From Patescibacteria group bacterium (GTDB taxonomy: Bacteria; Patescibacteriota; Saccharimonadia; Saccharimonadales; 2-12-FULL-41-12): 64,000 nucleotides of DNA. The notes under the pieces are model-generated. The model was not told the origin of the DNA, made no database searches, and saw only the letters and a list, made by a program, of their open reading frames with translations. This document shows positions 59,595 through 64,000 of the stretch, one piece after another. Where the stretch lies: the NCBI GenBank assembly GCA_038064875.1, contig JBBTSC010000001.1:55369-119368 (forward strand), in the 5' to 3' direction. The translations under genes and the position numbers were made by a program. Within the stretch, counting starts at the first letter, position 1; each line of letters opens with the position of its first letter.

Positions 59595-60059
59595 CTACTG
59601 AGCTTGATGTGAGATATCAAAGAAAAGCTCTGCAACGCCAGTCGCTAGTGCTCTAGATTGAGGCCATAACCCATTTTCTCGCACGGAAGCAGGTAGTTCA
59701 AATTCTGCTTCTACAGCTTTAATACCGCTACTGGTAACAACAACCAGTTCTCCGGAGCGGTCATGGGTGAATGATAGATCTCTGTGCGGTCCATGTAGTC
59801 CTAGCCAAAGCACCTGTCTTGTATTATTAAGCCCTTCTGGAGGTGTTAATACAACTTCTGCGGTGAATTCTCTTGCCCAGCTTGGTTTATACTCCTTCTT
59901 ACCCCTACTGACATCTTCTCCTTTTTCAATAGTAGCCATAACAAGTCTAGAAAGAGTATGAGTTTTGTCCCCCTCCAGGTCACAGGATGGTTTAAATTCG
60001 CCGTTTAAAACCTCGTAAAATCCTAGGCTCATTGGTAATTCGCGAGGCGTATTGCTCAT
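59595..60059 (-). CDS. Hypothetical protein
   Basis: 154 aa ORF with TAAAAT just upstream of the ATG. Confidence 0.5.
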   Translation of the reverse strand: MSNTPRELPMSLGFYEVLNGEFKPSCDLEGDKTHTLSRLVMATIEKGEDVSRGKKEYKPSWAREFTAEVVLTPPEGLNNTRQVLWLGLHGPHRDLSFTHDRSGELVVVTSSGIKAVEAEFELPASVRENGLWPQSRALATGVAELFFDISHQAQ

Positions 60060-60094
60060 AGGTAAATTTTACAATATTAAGTGACACTAGTCAA

Positions 60095-60811
60095 TCATTG
60101 TTGTAGGTATTTACCGCCGTTTGGTTGCAGTTTATAGACTACATTTTTGCGTTCTATTACTATTGGCCAATTGTTGGATTTTGCTATGTCAAACAATGAT
60201 TTGTTGGGGTTAAAGGCAATTGGGTTCTGCACAATCTCAAGCATGACAGCGTCACTTGTACTGTCTCCTACGCCGTAGCTATCTTTTAGTGATAGACCGT
60301 GTTTTTCAATCATTTGGCTCAGGAGTGCTTTCTTGTCCTTGCTGGCAATAAATTTCTTGCCACTAAATCCTTGCCCGGATCTCTCATACTGGCTACCAAC
60401 CCAGTCATCGAACTGATAATACTTTGCCAATCTTTCAACTAATTCGTGGTGTGAGCCGGATATCGCGATAAGAAAATAATCTTTTTCTTTAAGCTCACGT
60501 ACAAGATCTCTGGTATAGGTATAAACTTGATCTTTATATTGCTCGATAACCTTGTCTATCATGCTGTCAAATTCAGTCGATTTGATTTGCGATAAGGCAG
60601 ATTCATAAATCGTTATTAGACTGTGTTCATAGTCAGCAAATGCTTCAGAATGTTCGCGGTTCTTCCATTTCATTCTGGACTGGTGGAGCTTGTTTTCAGC
60701 CTGCGTGCCCAAAAGCCCTGCTCCAGCAAGTTTGTCGACAACTGCGTGGTAGAGTTGCCATCTAATCAACGTCCCATCAATATCAAAGACAGCAAATGGT
60801 TTGTGTGTCAT
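60095..60811 (-). CDS. HAD-IB family hydrolase
   Basis: FDIDGT, ISGS, GDSTSD, NP. Confidence 0.9.
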   Translation of the reverse strand: MTHKPFAVFDIDGTLIRWQLYHAVVDKLAGAGLLGTQAENKLHQSRMKWKNREHSEAFADYEHSLITIYESALSQIKSTEFDSMIDKVIEQYKDQVYTYTRDLVRELKEKDYFLIAISGSHHELVERLAKYYQFDDWVGSQYERSGQGFSGKKFIASKDKKALLSQMIEKHGLSLKDSYGVGDSTSDAVMLEIVQNPIAFNPNKSLFDIAKSNNWPIVIERKNVVYKLQPNGGKYLQQ

Positions 60812-61605
60812 GCTATCTCTACGCTTACTGGACAGTGGTCAGAGCCCATTACGCTTTGGTGGATTTGAGCAGATTTCAGTCTGCTCGCCAGAGCTTTGCT
60901 CGCCAGCCAGTAGTCTATGCGCCAGCCTACATTTTTGGCTCTGGCATTAGCCCAGTGTGTCCACCAAGAATATTCATCAGTTTTGTCAGGGTAGAAATGG
61001 CGAAAGGTATCAACAAACCCAAGTTTCAGCATGTTATCAAAGCCTTGCCTCTCTTCGTTTGTAAAGCCATGTTTGCCAACATTTTCTTTGGGTCGCGCGA
61101 GGTCAATTTCGCTGTGGGCAACATTGAGATCGCCACAGAATAGTACGGGTTTGCTTTTTTGCAGTTCATTTACATGCTCTAAAAACGCTGGGTCCCATTG
61201 TTTGTGTCGCAACTTTAGTCGAGACAGGTCCCCTTTCGAATTCGGTGTATAAACGGTCACAACCCAGAAATCTTCAAACTCTAGTGACAGCACTCTACCT
61301 TCTGCGTTGACGTCTCCGTACCCGTCGTTCACAAGATCATACTTCTTCGCAATATCATCTGACAGATTATTGATAACACTCAGTGGCTTGATCTTGGTGA
61401 AGATGGCGGTCCCGGAATAACCTTTCTTTGTTGCAGAATTCCAATATTCTTCATACTGGGGCAAGTCAATAACCGCTTGGCCTTGCATGGCTTTTGTCTC
61501 CTGTAAACATAAGATATCAGGATCATGTTTTGCTACAAATTCCTGAAAAGCGCCTTTATTTATAACAGCTCGGATTCCATTAACATTCCACGAATACAGT
61601 TTCAT
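60808..61605 (-). CDS. xth: Exodeoxyribonuclease III
   Basis: SWNVNGIRA, CLQETK, GDLNVAH, GWRIDY, GSDHCP. Confidence 0.97.
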   Translation of the reverse strand: MKLYSWNVNGIRAVINKGAFQEFVAKHDPDILCLQETKAMQGQAVIDLPQYEEYWNSATKKGYSGTAIFTKIKPLSVINNLSDDIAKKYDLVNDGYGDVNAEGRVLSLEFEDFWVVTVYTPNSKGDLSRLKLRHKQWDPAFLEHVNELQKSKPVLFCGDLNVAHSEIDLARPKENVGKHGFTNEERQGFDNMLKLGFVDTFRHFYPDKTDEYSWWTHWANARAKNVGWRIDYWLASKALASRLKSAQIHQSVMGSDHCPVSVEIA

Positions 61606-61626
61606 TACTGTATATTATAACAAAAA

Positions 61627-62577
61627 TTAGACTCTGGCTTTTTCTCTTTCGGTTCTTCGTTGATTAAACAAATATTTGTCTAAAAATTTATCGTCAATAA
61701 TAATATCTTTGCCCGTATCGTTATCTGGCAATTTGACGGTGCCCGGCACGGTAACTCCGTCTGCTATCCAGTATCCACTACCAATTTGTGCGCCAGACTC
61801 TATGATTGAGCCCATGCCGATTACGCAGTGGTTTCCTACAAAAGTTTGTTTTTTTGGATTCTTCTGGTTTTCTACCCAGTGACCATCCTTTTTAGTTCTT
61901 GAGACACTTTTGCCAACTTCAGAGCCGAATTCCATGGTTACGTCATGGCCTAACGTTGAATGAGGTCTAACTTTTGAACCTTTAGCCATAGAGACACGAT
62001 CACCTATATGCGTCTCATATTCAACCCATTCTTTTACTATTTCTCCCTTTTCGTCTTTTACAGTCTCACCTGCTTCGTTTTTCAACGGCCTTGAGTATCC
62101 CCATTTTTTGAGATCTATAGCGCCAAGCATGCAACCATCTGCTATCACTGCATTGTCTCCGATATGTACTCTTCTACCAACTGGGCTGACTATGGAACAG
62201 TTATCTCCAATAACTGAATTTCTACCAATGGTACATTCGGGTGAAGTATAAAAATTATCACCAACAACCGCGCTGTCTCTTACGAGAATTGCTTGTGCAA
62301 TACCATCAAAGCCAGCTTTTAAGAAGACTCTCTGGCGCTGTTCGTCTTTGTTGTTTTGGGTGCTTGTTGAAACTGGGTCTTCTTCACCTTCGATTTCCTC
62401 TTCGGCAAATGTGGCCATAATTTCGAGCTCGATATCTTCTGGAATTGGTCCTTCACCATCAACTCTGTCTTCAAGAACTTCTGAAAGCTGTACAGCTAAA
62501 ATCTGCAGAAGATCGGTCTTCTCAGGCGTAAAGCTAATAGTAATATTGGGTTTTTTCTCCGCAGTAGGAATATTCAT
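61627..62577 (-). CDS. Left-handed beta-helix (hexapeptide repeat) protein
   Basis: IGRNSVIGDNCSI, IGDNAVIADG, VGNHCVIG repeats. Confidence 0.75.
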   Translation of the reverse strand: MNIPTAEKKPNITISFTPEKTDLLQILAVQLSEVLEDRVDGEGPIPEDIELEIMATFAEEEIEGEEDPVSTSTQNNKDEQRQRVFLKAGFDGIAQAILVRDSAVVGDNFYTSPECTIGRNSVIGDNCSIVSPVGRRVHIGDNAVIADGCMLGAIDLKKWGYSRPLKNEAGETVKDEKGEIVKEWVEYETHIGDRVSMAKGSKVRPHSTLGHDVTMEFGSEVGKSVSRTKKDGHWVENQKNPKKQTFVGNHCVIGMGSIIESGAQIGSGYWIADGVTVPGTVKLPDNDTGKDIIIDDKFLDKYLFNQRRTEREKARV

Positions 62578-62651
62578 AAGCAATATTATAACATTTATCA
62601 AAGATATTGTAAATATATACGGATCTTTTTGATTATGGTAGAATCCTATCA

Positions 62652-63356
62652 ATGTATAAAAGAGTCCTCATAAAAATATCTGGCGAACAACTTTCAGGTA
62701 AATTCGAATCTGGTATTGACGGCGAGTTTGCTGGCTGGTTAGCTCGTGAGATTAAGGCGATCTCTGAGGGTGGTTCACAGGTTGTGATCATGGTTGGTGG
62801 CGGTAATTTCGTTCGTGGTGCTCAAGTTGTTGGGCATGGCATCAAGCGCGTCACAGGCGACCATATGGGTATGCTCGGCACTATGATAAACGCCCTTGCC
62901 TTAACTGATATTTTTGAAGCTCAAGGCGTAAAGACTCGTTGTCTTAGCAATATTTTTGCTGATCAGGTTGCAGAGAAATTTGTCCACCGTCTGGCTAACA
63001 AGCATCTTGAAAAAGGACGTGTTGTTATAGCAGCCGGCGGAACAGGGCGACCATATTTGACTACAGATACTGCTGCGGTTGTTATCGCGCTAGAGCTTGA
63101 CTGCGAGATAGTTCTAAAAGCAACCAAAGTTGACGGCGTTTATGACAAAGATCCTGCTACCTCGCCTGATGCTAAGAAATTTGAAACTCTGACTATGCAA
63201 CAAGCAGTTGAAAACTCTGCGATAAAAGTAATGGATAAGGCTGCACTTGGTCTTGCTATGGAGCATGAAATGAAAATAATCGTTTTTGATCTAGTGAAAG
63301 AAAACAATATCAAAAACGCAGTTGCCGGCAAGCCTGCTGGAACGTTAATCTCTTAA
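62652..63356 (+). CDS. pyrH: Uridylate kinase
   Basis: KISGE, GGGNF.RG, D.MGMLGT.INA, TTDTAA, DGVYDKDP. Confidence 0.96.
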   Translation: MYKRVLIKISGEQLSGKFESGIDGEFAGWLAREIKAISEGGSQVVIMVGGGNFVRGAQVVGHGIKRVTGDHMGMLGTMINALALTDIFEAQGVKTRCLSNIFADQVAEKFVHRLANKHLEKGRVVIAAGGTGRPYLTTDTAAVVIALELDCEIVLKATKVDGVYDKDPATSPDAKKFETLTMQQAVENSAIKVMDKAALGLAMEHEMKIIVFDLVKENNIKNAVAGKPAGTLIS

Positions 63357-63400
63357 AAGGTTCGAGAGCTCAGGATAATTTCCTGATCGATACTATATTT

Positions 63401-63820
63401 CTATTTGCCGATTACACCAATAACTATGGCAATTGCTAAGAATTCTACCAAATGATGTCCAAGACCGAGTGCTGTGAGTTTGAAATTTCTTCTCTCAAAT
63501 GAATCATTGGTTATATGAGAAGTTACTACGAAGCCAAGCCACGCCCAGAACGCTGTAGATAGAGACGCGCTCATCCACGAGTTATTGAAGTATTGGTTTG
63601 ACAGGAACGTCATGTGAAAGAGCATGTAGGCTGTAATAAGAGACATCAGGCTCGCTTTGATTATAGAAGGAACCCAATCCTTTGAGAGGTCTTTGTCAGT
63701 TAGCCCTATGAGCTTTTGCCAGGTTTTGCCAAAGACACTTGGTGCATACCATATGCTTCCTACAGCCATACTGGCGACAGCACCTAAAATAACCGCTAAG
63801 TAATTTACCGAAACATCCAT
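63401..63820 (-). CDS. DUF1761 family membrane protein
   Basis: NYLAV...GSIWY.P..FGK.W; four TM segments. Confidence 0.85.
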   Translation of the reverse strand: MDVSVNYLAVILGAVASMAVGSIWYAPSVFGKTWQKLIGLTDKDLSKDWVPSIIKASLMSLITAYMLFHMTFLSNQYFNNSWMSASLSTAFWAWLGFVVTSHITNDSFERRNFKLTALGLGHHLVEFLAIAIVIGVIGK

Positions 63821-63846
63821 ACACTATCTCCTATGAACTAAAATAT

Positions 63847-64000
63847 TTATTTCTTTGCTGTTTTTGCGCCGTATCGTTCTTTGATCTGGAACAATAGGTA
63901 AAAGCCGATTGCTGAACCAACGAGGCTCATGATAAAGCTTCCAATTCCTCTTGTTGAGATAAATATCTGAACAACAGCGTAAAGTACATTTATCAAGCTA
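63847..64000 (-). CDS. Partial membrane protein; 5' end outside window
   Basis: Reads ...SLVGSAIGFYLLFQIKERYGAKTAKK*. Confidence 0.6.
   Translation of the reverse strand, partial: SLINVLYAVVQIFISTRGIGSFIMSLVGSAIGFYLLFQIKERYGAKTAKK

Noticed and set aside
57340-60100. Integrated island at tRNA-Leu
   Set aside because: No integrase and no duplicated tRNA 3' end seen
1-64000. Genetic code 25 (TGA read as Gly), as in Gracilibacteria and Absconditabacteria
   Set aside because: Conserved genes are full length under code 11 and several end at TGA (mraZ, dprA, the GH1 gene)

Overview
Chromosomal segment of a small-genome, low-GC bacterium. Gene content points to Patescibacteria (CPR), most likely Saccharibacteria: eukaryote-type GlyRS, a reduced mraZ-rsmH-ftsL-ftsI-mraY-ftsW-murG-ftsQ cluster, a sigma-region-4/RpoE-delta fusion, PEGA and sortase genes, and TGA used as stop. 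Housekeeping genes (recO, glyQS, topA, dprA, pth, der, gltX, xth, pyrB/E/F/H, umuDC-like, tRNA-Leu-CAA) are mixed with accessory genes. Gene orientation flips from mostly + to mostly - at about 31 kb, exactly where a near-palindromic dif-like site lies, so this is probably the replication terminus. The main unexplained signal is a family of four 162-164 bp long-hairpin insertion elements resembling Rickettsia palindromic elements. One is in frame inside recO, one splits the first codons of topA (exact removal restores MTKSNLVIVESP), one lies upstream of the topA promoter, and one overlaps the umuC stop codon. Also found: a ~315 nt structured orphan RNA with its own promoter and terminator, a small ORF plus pseudoknot between rsmH and ftsL, and many apparently leaderless genes. 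All calls come from reading the sequence by eye; no searches or folding programs were run.
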